IMG/VR virus record: IMGVR_UViG_3300021376_000029
Span: 1 to 64,000 of that record
Direction: 5' to 3' (one strand)
Length of the DNA: 64,000 bases
Source: a virus
In this document: piece by piece, positions 28,052-40,000 of the stretch
Position numbering within the stretch: the stretch's first letter is position 1
How the letters are laid out: each line of letters starts with the position of its first letter
The notes under the pieces: generated by a model
What the model saw: the letters and a program-made list of their open reading frames with translations, nothing else
What the model was told of the DNA's origin: nothing
Databases searched by the model: none
Position numbers and translations under genes: made by a program

Positions 28052-31000
28052 TTATGCCTGTGATTCTTTCCAGGTAACACGAGCGGTAGCTGAATATGGG
28101 TTTGCACTTGAAACACCAGTAGAGTCAATAACTTCCGCCACAAGTGTCAGAAGGTCAGGTCCATTTGGATATACACCATCACCACCGAGAATAGAGTTGC
28201 CCAGAGCACTGAGTTCACTAAGATCATAGGCAGTTGCAGCAGCAAGTCTTCTTGTACCTTCAATAGGACCACCAGCGGCTCTGAAGGCAAGAATCTTTTG
28301 GCCTCCAGATAAAGTTTCATTAGAGTTGTGTCTAACTAATTGACATAAAGAAGGACTATCAACATTAGCGAATGCATCAGTACTCAGTTCTGGATTAATA
28401 ATCAATGAAATTTCAGTTTCATGAGTAACTTGAACTCCAACTGACTGAAGATTTAATTGCATTCTATTAATAATTTCTCTTTGACCAACACTTCCAGTGA
28501 TAGAAGAATCAACAGAAGGTGCAAGACGAATACTCAGAAGAGGAATATATGATGGAATCAAGTTGTCACTACCAGCAGGAGCGCCAACGTTAAACGATGT
28601 CGTAGTTGGAACTGCGGGGTTTCCTATTCTGGCATTGATAGTTGAAGCATAGCCTCTGGGGAAGACGGTTGCAGAACCTTCTTGATACTGAATATAAACA
28701 AAGTAAGTTGAACCACTAACGAACGAACGAGAATTAATATTTCTTCCGTTTGAGAAATATCCCTGTGCAATTGCTGTATTATAGATTAGAGTATTAATGG
28801 TCAATTTACTTGCTTCACTGCTCGGAAATGGGATTCTAATAAAGTATTGTGAGTTGAAAGTATTGATTCTTTCTTCAATAATAACAGAATTTCCATTAGA
28901 TGATGAAGTTTGAGTTGTTGCATTAGTAAACTTAAGAACATTACCAGATGCAGTAAACAGATATGCTTCGTCATCCTGGAACATACCGTCCATAATTACC
29001 GAAGTACCCCAGTGGAACAAGGAAGGAACAAATGTTGGTGTTCCAATATTTTCAATTTCATAACGAGCAGGCAGGTTACCAGAACGGAAGTAAGATTCAA
29101 GAAGTTTATTATTGTGTTTGAACTCATGAACATACTTTACATGACCATGTTGGTCTTTAAATCCAAAACGAATCTTACCAGCACCATACCATGAATAATC
29201 TGCATAGCACATTTGAATTCTACCAATATTTAATACATAACCAGATGGACCAGATCCATCACACTTATCAATATTCCATTGAAGTTGTGGAACTCTTACA
29301 TCAATCGTCTTAGTTCCAATAACGTTACTATTTGTTACACCCTTATATGATGGTTGAACCGTTATTGAAGTGTTATTGGTTATTTTTACAACCTTGTGAG
29401 TCATACCACGAATAACAATTTTATCACCTTTTTGAAGTTGTGAACTAAACTGAGTACTCGTGCCTACGATAATTCCAGATCCTTTTGTTACTGAAAGAGT
29501 ACCCGTCAACTGTTGTACTGAAGATCTTCTGACACAATTTATATTTTGACCATCAAATTCAAAGAAGAATCCATTTTGGAAATCAAACATTCCAGCACGT
29601 ACTGAGGAATTATTCCATTTTTCTACAGCAAATGATGGGAATCCACCTGAAGTACTAACTCCAGCAGGAACATCTTTAAGTTGAACTCTAAATGTAAAGT
29701 CATCAATTATAGTAGCAACAGAAACTTTCTTATTAAATACATCATTATCAGATCCTACAATACATACATATGAACCAACGATACAATTATGAGGTCTATT
29801 TGATACAATTGTTGCTAATTTTGCTGGTTCTAATGTAATAGGAACATCAGTTATAGATGCAGTTAATGTTTGTGATAAGACAAGAGTGGTACTATTTAAT
29901 ACAGAATCAATTTGACAAGCATCAAGTGTTACACCAGAGGGAAGTCCAGTGATTTCCATGTAAGGAACAACACCAGCAGTTGAACCACTGACCACAGTAA
30001 GTCTATTTTCCCCTGAAACACCAGTAACACGCAGTGAAGTTGTAGTTCCTTGTGGAGTATATGCTAAGGATGTAATTGGATTTTGTGGAATAAAGTTAAT
30101 AGCAAATGAAGTTTGAATACCTTTACCTGACTGATAACGGAAATACTTACGAGTTTGACGGCAAATAAGACCATCAGGAGATTTAGAAGTACCAATTTCC
30201 ATACCACCATCAAATGGTCTATGTAGATAGTAACCATCAGGTCTTACATAAATGAATGTAGGAATGAAGTACTTGAGACTACTTCCAGTAAATGTAAATG
30301 GCGTATCAACTAATATAGAACCATCATCTTTAATTGCATTAATAGATCTTGTGACAATAGTTCCAGGGGTCGTTGCACTATTAACAATACGAATAGTATC
30401 ACCTACTTTAAAGTAACGTTTAAAGTTGGTATTATTACCAAGGATTGTTCTTGCTGTAATAGTAGTACCACTAGTGACTGATACAGTACCAGCGCCAGTG
30501 ATTAATCCTGAAAGATTTGCTGTGATTAATTGATGTGAACCAGAGCCAGTAGAAGTCATTGTTACAGCAGTGCCACTTTGAGCATTAGCAAGAGTAGTGG
30601 CAAGTCTAATTCTGGTATCATCAAGTACAATGACAAAATAATCTGTATTATGTGTCAAACCACCAATCGCAGTGCCACCAGCAGTATTGTAAATAATTCT
30701 TGTTCCTGGTGAGAAGAAGTGATTTGGTATTGTAAGGAATCCATTAGCACCTGTTGTTACTGCAAGAGCAGCATTGAAAGGTTTATTACCTGGAGATAAT
30801 TTAAATGGAAGGGTAATTTCAAGAGTTTTATCATTGATTGCTCTAGTAGTGGTATAAGAACCGTCAACTGCACCAAATGTTGCGGATGCATTTTCAAATG
30901 ACTGAATGCCAGTACCAGTGCTTGTAAGTACAATTTCATTAGTAAATCCTACCGTAGTTCCGAGTTGGAATCTATTGTTATTAATTGCCTTGAGGTAGTA

Positions 31001-33742
31001 AGTACCGTTATTTGATAAACCACTGACAACAGTTGCTGGAGAGGCAAAAGTATAAAGAATAAGTTCGTTATTTGAGAATTGATTATTGCCAATGTAGATA
31101 CTATTCTTGAAAGGATTAATAATAGTAGCAGCCATAATGTAATTACCATCAGCAGCAGCTAGTCTATATGGAGTATCATTTACTCCAGGTTTAATTCTCC
31201 ATCTAGTGCTATCAATTTTTTCTACATAGAATTGTGCGCCTGTACCTAAAGTAGCAGTACCGCCTGCATTATCATTCCAATATCTAATATTATTGCCTGA
31301 AGTTACTGTCAGCGTAATGAGATTATTTGTTTCAAATCCATGATCTTGTTTGAAGAATGAATCATTAGTACTTGTGTTTCTCTTCATCAACATGAAGTAC
31401 ATGTTGGTACTACCATCAGAACTAACATCACCGAAATATCTATCATTACTATTGCTATATCCATTTCTTCCTGCCCACCAACCATTGGTATCACCTTGAT
31501 ATGCCCAATAGTAATATTCATTACCATACAATCTCAAGTATGCGGAGTTCATGAAATTAGCCGAGAAGGTAGATGTCCAATAAGTTCTTCCGTTTACATC
31601 ATTATATCCACCTACGGTATATCCATGGCCTTGGCCACCATTATTATTACCATTTACTCCAAAATTATTATTGTCAGTGATAAAATCATAAGAACCCTGA
31701 TAAATTGCAGTAGTACCTAAAGGTAATGTTTGCAGGTGATATCCATATGTTCTCCAGGAAGTTCCAAAGACGTTATACCAAGTCCAGTTATATATGTATT
31801 GGTTATGTCCACCATATCCAGGTCTTGCACATGAGAAGTATGCAACGTTATCCCACGCCTGACCACCTAATCCAAAGGTGCCATTTACGTTTGCAAAATC
31901 ATGTCCTGAATATGTTCCTTGCCAGTTCCAATAATAAGTATAATAGTAAGCATAGAAATCACCCCATTGCTTGTATTCTCTATAGCAGTTATATACCAAA
32001 CCTAAAGTATGTTTACCATAATTAAATGTACCACCAGTTTGAAGATCCTTGAGAATATTCATTCTCTGAGAATCATGTAATCTAATAGTATTATCATTAA
32101 TTCTTTCTGCATAATATACAAGCATTCTATTTAAACCACCAATTGGAGTATCTCCAGGTGCAGGATAATAGAGCACTGCATAACTATTTCGTAAACCGTG
32201 ATTTGGAATAGTAATAGTATTTGCGGCATAATCAATATCATTAGCACCAAACCTTAAGGTATATGTTGATTCATTGTTGTAAGGAATAGTTTCAGTTGCT
32301 ACAGGAACATTTTGTACTACGATTGAATTTACAGTATCAATAAAAGGTCTGCCATCAGGCGCTGTTGCAGTTGGATCAGTAACTTCAAGAATTTTTGGTG
32401 CAATACTATTTACAAAGTAAAAATTAGTATTGTCTGCAAAACCATGTTCGTTTGTTGTTGTCAAATAAATTTTAGATTCCGTAGCAGTAACTACTGGCAG
32501 ATCACCGCCCATGCCAGTATGTAGTGTGCAATAATATGTAAGTAAATTTGGCGTTCCCTGAGTTATATAAAGTCTTATAAAAGCACCAGGAGTTCCAGCA
32601 GTCCCTTGTGAATAAACAAAAGTGGTATATGGTGACCCATCAGTTGCAGTACCAATTTCAAAAGTATGACCAGTTATAGTAGGACTGGAAATATCAAAAA
32701 TATAAATTGCCTTTCTATTTAAATTTAAAGCTGGTTGTTGCACTCCATCAATGAAGAATTTATTGCTGGTGGAGCCTACAGTAGCAATTGTCCTAGTGAA
32801 AGAAGATCCAGTTGCAGATAGAGTATTACCATTGCCAAAAGAACCAGAAGCAGTTATAACACTAATTACTAAACCATCAATTTTAGTTATAGTACCAGAG
32901 GCACCAGATGGTGAACTAATGGTTGCTCCAACTGCCCAAGTATAATGAGGAGCTGATGTAAGTGTAAGTTCTATTACTGCGATTCTTGTTACAACTTTTG
33001 TAAAAGTATCTGACACAATACCAATTGCTTCATCAACAGCAATTTGTGAACCTTGGAAAAACTGACCAGGAATAATAGAGGTGTAAGTACCCTGAAGTTC
33101 TCTAGTGGATATTTGTTTTGCCCTTGCTTTATATGTAAAGGTTTTAGTAGTAGGAACAGATTGAATTAGATAAGTTCCTTCTGCTGTAACACTTGAAAGA
33201 CCAGTTACAGTAATTGGCGTACCAGTAGTTAAGTTATGCTCAAATGTAGTAGTAATAGTAATCAGTTCACTATTTGAAGTTGATTCTACTTTCTCAATAA
33301 ATGGAATAGTAGTATCAGCTGTACTTGAAAAGAATGATGGGATTTGGTTAATTAATTGAAGAGTTTCCCACTTAGAAGCCTGTGGACCATATTCAAAGTC
33401 AGTATCAATCAGGTTTTGTGGCGTTGAAACACGGAACTTTGAAACGGGGTCAACATATGTTTCAGACGGTTCTATTTCAACATGATCCTGTTCATAAAAA
33501 ATTTGCAGAGTGTCTGTAGCACTCATTAAGTTACAATCTTTATCAAGAACTACTGTTGTAGATTCAGTAGAATCATTATAAGTAACAGTGCCACCCGCTT
33601 GTTCATCAGCAAAATTATAAAGGACAACACCTGTCGTTACGTTAGTGATCAGCAGTAATCTTTTGTGTGCTACATGACCGTCAATGATTACGGTGTCCAG
33701 TGAAGGAACGAAAGTGTATTTTTGTACTAAATGCTTTGCCAT
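28052..33742 (-). CDS. Large virion structural / fibre protein (1896 aa)
   Basis: Thr/Gly/Ser-rich beta repeats (HGL/HNL...G motifs), LIDTDFEYG, RQTRKYFRYQSGKG, YSWYGAG blocks typical of cyanophage structural proteins. Confidence 0.85.
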   Translation of the reverse strand: MAKHLVQKYTFVPSLDTVIIDGHVAHKRLLLITNVTTGVVLYNFADEQAGGTVTYNDSTESTTVVLDKDCNLMSATDTLQIFYEQDHVEIEPSETYVDPVSKFRVSTPQNLIDTDFEYGPQASKWETLQLINQIPSFFSSTADTTIPFIEKVESTSNSELITITTTFEHNLTTGTPITVTGLSSVTAEGTYLIQSVPTTKTFTYKARAKQISTRELQGTYTSIIPGQFFQGSQIAVDEAIGIVSDTFTKVVTRIAVIELTLTSAPHYTWAVGATISSPSGASGTITKIDGLVISVITASGSFGNGNTLSATGSSFTRTIATVGSTSNKFFIDGVQQPALNLNRKAIYIFDISSPTITGHTFEIGTATDGSPYTTFVYSQGTAGTPGAFIRLYITQGTPNLLTYYCTLHTGMGGDLPVVTATESKIYLTTTNEHGFADNTNFYFVNSIAPKILEVTDPTATAPDGRPFIDTVNSIVVQNVPVATETIPYNNESTYTLRFGANDIDYAANTITIPNHGLRNSYAVLYYPAPGDTPIGGLNRMLVYYAERINDNTIRLHDSQRMNILKDLQTGGTFNYGKHTLGLVYNCYREYKQWGDFYAYYYTYYWNWQGTYSGHDFANVNGTFGLGGQAWDNVAYFSCARPGYGGHNQYIYNWTWYNVFGTSWRTYGYHLQTLPLGTTAIYQGSYDFITDNNNFGVNGNNNGGQGHGYTVGGYNDVNGRTYWTSTFSANFMNSAYLRLYGNEYYYWAYQGDTNGWWAGRNGYSNSNDRYFGDVSSDGSTNMYFMLMKRNTSTNDSFFKQDHGFETNNLITLTVTSGNNIRYWNDNAGGTATLGTGAQFYVEKIDSTRWRIKPGVNDTPYRLAAADGNYIMAATIINPFKNSIYIGNNQFSNNELILYTFASPATVVSGLSNNGTYYLKAINNNRFQLGTTVGFTNEIVLTSTGTGIQSFENASATFGAVDGSYTTTRAINDKTLEITLPFKLSPGNKPFNAALAVTTGANGFLTIPNHFFSPGTRIIYNTAGGTAIGGLTHNTDYFVIVLDDTRIRLATTLANAQSGTAVTMTSTGSGSHQLITANLSGLITGAGTVSVTSGTTITARTILGNNTNFKRYFKVGDTIRIVNSATTPGTIVTRSINAIKDDGSILVDTPFTFTGSSLKYFIPTFIYVRPDGYYLHRPFDGGMEIGTSKSPDGLICRQTRKYFRYQSGKGIQTSFAINFIPQNPITSLAYTPQGTTTSLRVTGVSGENRLTVVSGSTAGVVPYMEITGLPSGVTLDACQIDSVLNSTTLVLSQTLTASITDVPITLEPAKLATIVSNRPHNCIVGSYVCIVGSDNDVFNKKVSVATIIDDFTFRVQLKDVPAGVSTSGGFPSFAVEKWNNSSVRAGMFDFQNGFFFEFDGQNINCVRRSSVQQLTGTLSVTKGSGIIVGTSTQFSSQLQKGDKIVIRGMTHKVVKITNNTSITVQPSYKGVTNSNVIGTKTIDVRVPQLQWNIDKCDGSGPSGYVLNIGRIQMCYADYSWYGAGKIRFGFKDQHGHVKYVHEFKHNNKLLESYFRSGNLPARYEIENIGTPTFVPSLFHWGTSVIMDGMFQDDEAYLFTASGNVLKFTNATTQTSSSNGNSVIIEERINTFNSQYFIRIPFPSSEASKLTINTLIYNTAIAQGYFSNGRNINSRSFVSGSTYFVYIQYQEGSATVFPRGYASTINARIGNPAVPTTTSFNVGAPAGSDNLIPSYIPLLSIRLAPSVDSSITGSVGQREIINRMQLNLQSVGVQVTHETEISLIINPELSTDAFANVDSPSLCQLVRHNSNETLSGGQKILAFRAAGGPIEGTRRLAAATAYDLSELSALGNSILGGDGVYPNGPDLLTLVAEVIDSTGVSSANPYSATARVTWKESQA

Positions 33743-33780
33743 CTCTTAATTACCGTGCAGAATTGTGTTTAAAATATAAA

Positions 33781-33969
33781 TTACCAACCCATCCCAACGG
33801 ACAGGGCTACTACAAGTGTTTTTTGTGCTAACTCATGCCCACCCGCTTTCTGACCATCATGAACGATGGCAGTATTTTTGTCGGTGTCAACTGTAATTTC
33901 ACCTTCAGCACCAGTGAACGTTTGATGTTGAATGGTAGTTCCTCTTCGGAATTGTACTTGGGTTGTCAT
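33781..33969 (-). CDS. Small virion protein, stand-alone Mtd-N-like domain
   Basis: VQFRRGT...FTGAEGEITVDTDK..VHDG...GG; hydrophobic C-terminus. Confidence 0.75.
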   Translation of the reverse strand: MTTQVQFRRGTTIQHQTFTGAEGEITVDTDKNTAIVHDGQKAGGHELAQKTLVVALSVGMGW

Positions 33970-33997
33970 TGACTAGCTCTGTAGTTTTTTCTTCTTT

Positions 33998-34005
33998 TAT
34001 TTATA
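33998..34005 (-). promoter_or_regulatory. Late promoter TATAAATA
   Basis: Exact consensus upstream of the 62-aa ORF and the fibre gene. Confidence 0.8.
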
Positions 34006-34012
34006 ACAATTG

Positions 34013-37000
34013 TTATATTATACTTCCGAATATTCTTGCGGGGCTAAAGAGAATAACAATATCTTTTGAAGCACCACTAATTTCAATATTAAATTTATTC
34101 GTAACAGAAATTCTTGAATAACTATTGCGTTCAATACCACTAATTCTGAACAGAGAAGTTCTAGTATCAGTTTCCTCAACAACAAGTCTGTTGATAGATG
34201 CATTACCGATTCCAAACAGAGATCCTTTACCACGATAAGAATCTGTTTGCTTCTCAATTCCGATTCCAGAAATAAATTCTGTACCCGAACCAGGGTATCT
34301 GGAGATATACTTGAATTTAGATTCCCCATTAAATCTAAACAGAATAGTATTTTCAGGAGTTTGTGCAACAAACGCTATGACAGCGGTATTAGTACCGAAG
34401 GAAATATTTCCTTTACCAACATAGGATCTCGTGAACTTAGCAGCAACATTGCCAGAAATTGTTGCATTACCAGAACCCTTATAATTCTCTGTATTTTTCT
34501 CAACCGCAGATCCAGTAAATTTAAAGAGTGCCGCTTCTTCTGGTGGGTTAGAAGTCTTAGATTCTGCAGCACCTTGGAATGCAAACAGAGAACCTGAACC
34601 TTGATATGGTGCCTTACTATATTTTTCCTGAATGTAACCAGTAAGATTAATATTACCTGATGCTTTTTCAATTACTGTTCTAGATTCAATCTTCTCACCA
34701 ACAGTAAAGATATTGCCAGTACCAACATAATTCTCAGTGTTCTTCTCAATCGCTGAACCAGAGAATCTGAAGAGTTGAACATTTGCTGATATAGCAAATA
34801 CTACAGACTCACTAGTTTCATTAAATGCGAACAGCGAACCTGTGCCGATGTAATTCTCAGTATTCTTCTCTGTTGCAGAACCAGTAAATCTGAAGAGTAT
34901 AGTTTCTTCTGATGGATTAAATGATACTTTGCTTTCTGACTGCAAGAATGAGAAGATATTGCCAGTACCAACATAATTCTCAGTGTTCTTCTCAATTGCA
35001 CTTCCAGAAATTTGTGCTGAACCTGTGCTGATATATCTTTCGGTGTGAGATTCAATAGCAGAACCATATACATTAAACAGTTGAACATTTTCAGTTGGGT
35101 TAAATGCTACTGCTGCAGCACTTGAACCAACAGTTAGAATATTTCCTGTTCCTAGGTAATTCTCAGTATTTTTTTCAATAAGAGTTCCAGTGATATCAAT
35201 CTGACCAGAACCATCATGCTTATTAGATTTCTTGAGTGTCCCAGAACCACTAATTTGATATAAAGCAGTATTTTCAACAGGGTTAAATACTACTTTGCTT
35301 GTGGATTCTCCATAATTGAACAGGAAACCAGAGCCATAATGTAAGAGTGAAATAACTGGAATTGCGGCGCCAGAAACTTTGAACAGTGCTGTGGATACTG
35401 CAGCAGAAATAAGGATAGTTTCCGTTGCAGTTCCAAATGAGAATGCTGAACCAGAACCTCTGTATTTCTCTGTATTTTTCTCTACCGCAGAACCAGAGAA
35501 TGTATAAAGGAATGTATTTTCTGGGGTCTGTGCAGAGAATGCTTCTGCAACACCCTTAAGAACAGAGAATCTTCCTGTAGATGAGTATGCTCTTGCTCTA
35601 TCAGTATCACCATTTCCAGAAACATTGATCTTGCCAGTTCCATACCAAGAATCTGTTTGTTTCTCAATGATATAACCACTAATAAATTCTACACCAGAAC
35701 CAACCTTAGTATAAACTCTAATTGGTTTTGTAATTCCATCACCAGAAACATTAAGTGTACCACCAATATTTCCATGGATTGCACTAACATAACGAGGTGT
35801 TGGTCTGTAGTTACGGAACTCAGGGAATCTGCCAGTTGAAAGTCTGATATTTCCTTTACCAACATAAGATTCTGTATTTGCTTCAGACGCTGCAGGGAAT
35901 CTTTCTTCAAATACAAGACTTACATAACCAACATAAGATTCAGTATGTCTTTCTATAACATTACCAGTGACTTTTACTGCATCGCCAGAACCAATAAATT
36001 CTCTGGTACGAGGAGTTATAGCAGAACCAAAGAATGTATAAAGGAATGTATTCTCTGGAGTCTGTGCAGAGAATGCTTCTGCAGCATTACCAATAGCAAA
36101 TAGTGAACCAGATCCATAATAGGATCTTTCAAATGGTGTAACAGCAATACCACTAATTCTGAATAATCCAAATGGTTTTTCACTACCGATAGTATTAATT
36201 ACAGAACCATAATCAATTTCACCACCATCAGCATTACTGGTTATTAAACCATTATCAAGATTTTGTGTTGAATTAGAAAGATTACCATAATCAACTTCAT
36301 TGACTGCATCAATTTCAGATGATGTATTATATGAGAAGGTTCTTCTCTCAACTCTGTCACCAATGTGGAACAGTGAACCTGAAGCAACATAAGACTTATT
36401 ACGTGATTCGTTAGCGTTACCAGAAACATTATAAAGGAATGTATTCTCTGGAGTCTGTGCAGAGAATGCTTCTGCAGCATTACCAATAGCAAATAGTGAA
36501 CCAGATCCAACTTTGGTGAATACTTGAATCCAGCGATCATCAGAGTTACCGTTAACTTTGAATAGACCAAATGGATATGTGATGTCAAGATTAATTATCG
36601 CACCATAATCAATTTCACCACTAGTTGCTGTTTGAGTTACATATCCATTGTCAATAATTGTTCCTGATGCAGTAATAAGACCATAATCAGATGCATCATA
36701 TTCAGATACTGATGAAGAATTATAAGAGAATGTTCTTTTCTCAATTCTGTCACCAATGTGGAACAGTGAACCTGAAGCAACATAAGACTTATTACGTGAT
36801 TCGTTAGCGTTACCAGAAACATTATAAAGCAATGTATTCTCTGGAATCCGTGCAGAGAAGGACTCGGTGAGACCATTAAATTCAAACAGTGATCCAGATC
36901 CAACTTTGGTGAATACTTGGATCCAGCGATCATCAGAGTCACCGCTAACTTTGAACAGACCAAATGGATATGTAATATTAAGATCAATTACATTACCAAG

Positions 37001-40000
37001 ATCAACTTCACCACCAGTTGCTGTCTGAGTTACATATCCATGGTCAATAATTGTTCCTGATGTAGTAACAAAACCATAATCAAATGAGTCATAATCAGAT
37101 ACTGATGAAGAGTTATAGGAGAACGTTGCTTTTTCAACTCTGTCGCCAATGTGGAACAGTGAACCTGAAGCGACATAAGAATTGTTACGTGATTCTGATA
37201 ATGTACCATCAACAAATAATCCACCAACTGATCTCCAATGTGGTCTAAATCTGACAAAGGTGCGATCAGAAGCAATTGTGAATCTACCAGAACCTTTATG
37301 AGCAAATGCTGGTTTATATTGATCCTCTGCCGCCCCAGTAAATTTAAAGAGTACATTTACTGGATAATCATAATCATATAAAGTAACTGAACCATAATCA
37401 ATTTCACCATCAGTTGCTATTTGATTTACATAACCAAGATCTATAGTTATTCCCGAAGTTGTTACAGAACCATAGTCAACTTCAGTTTCATAAGCAACTA
37501 TTGAAGACTCATTATAATTATAAGTTACTCTCTCAACTTTATCGCCTACTTCAAATAGAGATCCAAAACCTACATAAGAGTTATTTCTACTTTCAATTGC
37601 GTTACCAGAAACATTATAAAGGAATGTATTCTCTGGAGTCTGTGCAGAGAATGCTTCTGTTGCGCCAGTGAATTCAAACAGTGATCCAGATCCAATCTTA
37701 GTAAATACTTGAATCCAACGATCATCAGAGTTACCACTAACTTTGAATAGACCAAATGGATATGTAATATCAAGATTAATTATCGCACCATAATCAATTT
37801 CACCACCAGACGATACTTTGGTAATTAATCCATAATCATTAGTTAATCCTGATGCAGTAATAAGACCATAATCAAGTTCATCATAATCAGATACTGATGA
37901 AGAATTATAAGAGAACGTTGCTTTTTCAACTCTGTCACCAATATGGAACAGAGATCCAAAACCTACATAAGAGTTATTTCTACTCTCAATTGCGTTACCA
38001 GAAACATTATAAAGGAATGTATTCTCTGGAATCCTTGCGGAGAATGACTCAGTGAGACCATTAAATTCAAACAGTGATCCAGATCCAACCTTAGTAAATA
38101 CTTGAATCCAACGATCATCAGAGTTACCGTTAACTTTGAATAGACCAAATGGATATGTGATATCAAGATTAATTACATTACCATAATTAACCTCTCCACC
38201 AAAAGTAGACTGAGTAATCTGACCCAGATCAATAGGTGTTCCTGACGCAGTAATAAGACCATAATCAAGTTCATCATAATCAGATACTGATGAAGAATTA
38301 TAAGAGAATGTTCTTTTCTCAACTTTGTCGCCAATGTGGAACAGTGAACCTGAAGCAACATAAGATTTTGATTCAGATTGATTTGCAGAACCATCAACAA
38401 ATAATCCACCAACTGATCTCCAATGTGGTCTAAATCTGACAAAGGTACGATCAGATTGAATATTGATTATTCCTTTTCCTTTGAAATTAAAGGAAGGTTT
38501 AAGTTCAGTAAATGCAGCACTACCAAATTTAAACAATACATTTACAGGATAATCATAATCATGTAAAGTAACTGAACCATAATCAATTTCGCCGCCATCA
38601 GTTACTTGATTAATTAAACCGTAATCAATAGTAGAACCAGAAGTAGTGACTAATCCATAATCTACTTCGGGTTCATATACAACTATAGATGAAGTATTAT
38701 AGGAGAATGTCGCTCTTTCAATTCTATCCCCAACATGGAATAGAGATCCAAAACCTACATAAGAGTTATTTTTACTTTCAACCGCACCACCACCAGAAAT
38801 ACTATAAAGAAGTGTATTCTCTGGAATCTGTGCAGAGAATGCTTCTGTTGCGCCATTGAATTCAAAGAGAGATCCAGATCCAACTTTGGTGAACACTTGG
38901 ATCCAGCGATCATCAGAGTTACCGCTAACTTTGAACAGACCAAATGGATATGTAATATTAAGATCAATTACATTACCATAATTAATCTCTCCCCCAGAAG
39001 CAGACTGGGTAATTTGACCAAGATCAACAGGTGTTCCTGATGCAGTAATAAGACCATAATCAGATGCATCATAATCAGATACTGATGAAGAATTATAAGA
39101 GAACGTTGCTTTTTCAACTCTGTCACCAATATGGAACAGCGATCCAGATCCAACATATTTTTCTGTATTCTTTTCGTCTGCAGAACCAGTAATTCTTACA
39201 TTTAAATTGCCCCGCCATGCATCACTTTGACGAATAGAATGATAACCAGCAAATTGAATTCCACCTCTTCCTCTATAAGGACCACGAATAAATTGTCCTA
39301 TACCCTCTCCAGAGAAGTTATAAAGGACATTGAGAGGATAAACAATATCAAGATTAACTATGCTTGAATAATCAATTACAGCAGTATTATCTTCATTTAC
39401 ATGACCAAGATCTACAGAAGTTCCTGATGTGGTTATAGTTCCATAGTTTTCTGTATTGAAATATTCAATGGAAGTAGAATTATAATCATATGTTACACTC
39501 TCAACTTTATCGCCAATACTGAACAATCTTCCCTTACCAATGTAAGGTCTAGAGAAAGCATCTGGAATAATTCTGTTAGAAACAATAAATTCTCCATATC
39601 CTCTCCACCAAGGAATAAATCTTGTATCAGTAGGAGATGGTTGATGATGAACTTTAAATCCACCAGAACCAGTTTGTGCAAAAATTGGTTTGTACTGAAC
39701 AGTTGCGTTACCAGTAAATGTGAATAATGGATTAGTAGCATACTCAGTTAAACCAGTGTTGATAAATCCATAATTAATTTCACCTTGATTTACTACTTGA
39801 TTGATCAAGCCATGGTCAATTGTAGATCCAGAAGTAGTAACTAATCCATAATCAGATTCTGAATATTCAACTATTGCAGATGAGTTATATGCATATGTTG
39901 CTCTTTCAATTCTATCACCAACATGGAATAGAGATCCAAAACCAATAAATGGTCTAGTAAATGAATTATGTCCCGTTCCTCTGAGTTCAAATAAATATGT

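Noticed and set aside
33743-33783. Read-through fusion of the 62-aa ORF to the 1896-aa fibre
   Set aside because: The frames differ and I saw no convincing slippery site.
36386-39151. Possible CRISPR array or DGR template/variable repeat pair
   Set aside because: The units are ~393 bp in-frame coding repeats with no spacers, the differences do not look adenine-specific, and there is no cas or reverse transcriptase gene in the window.
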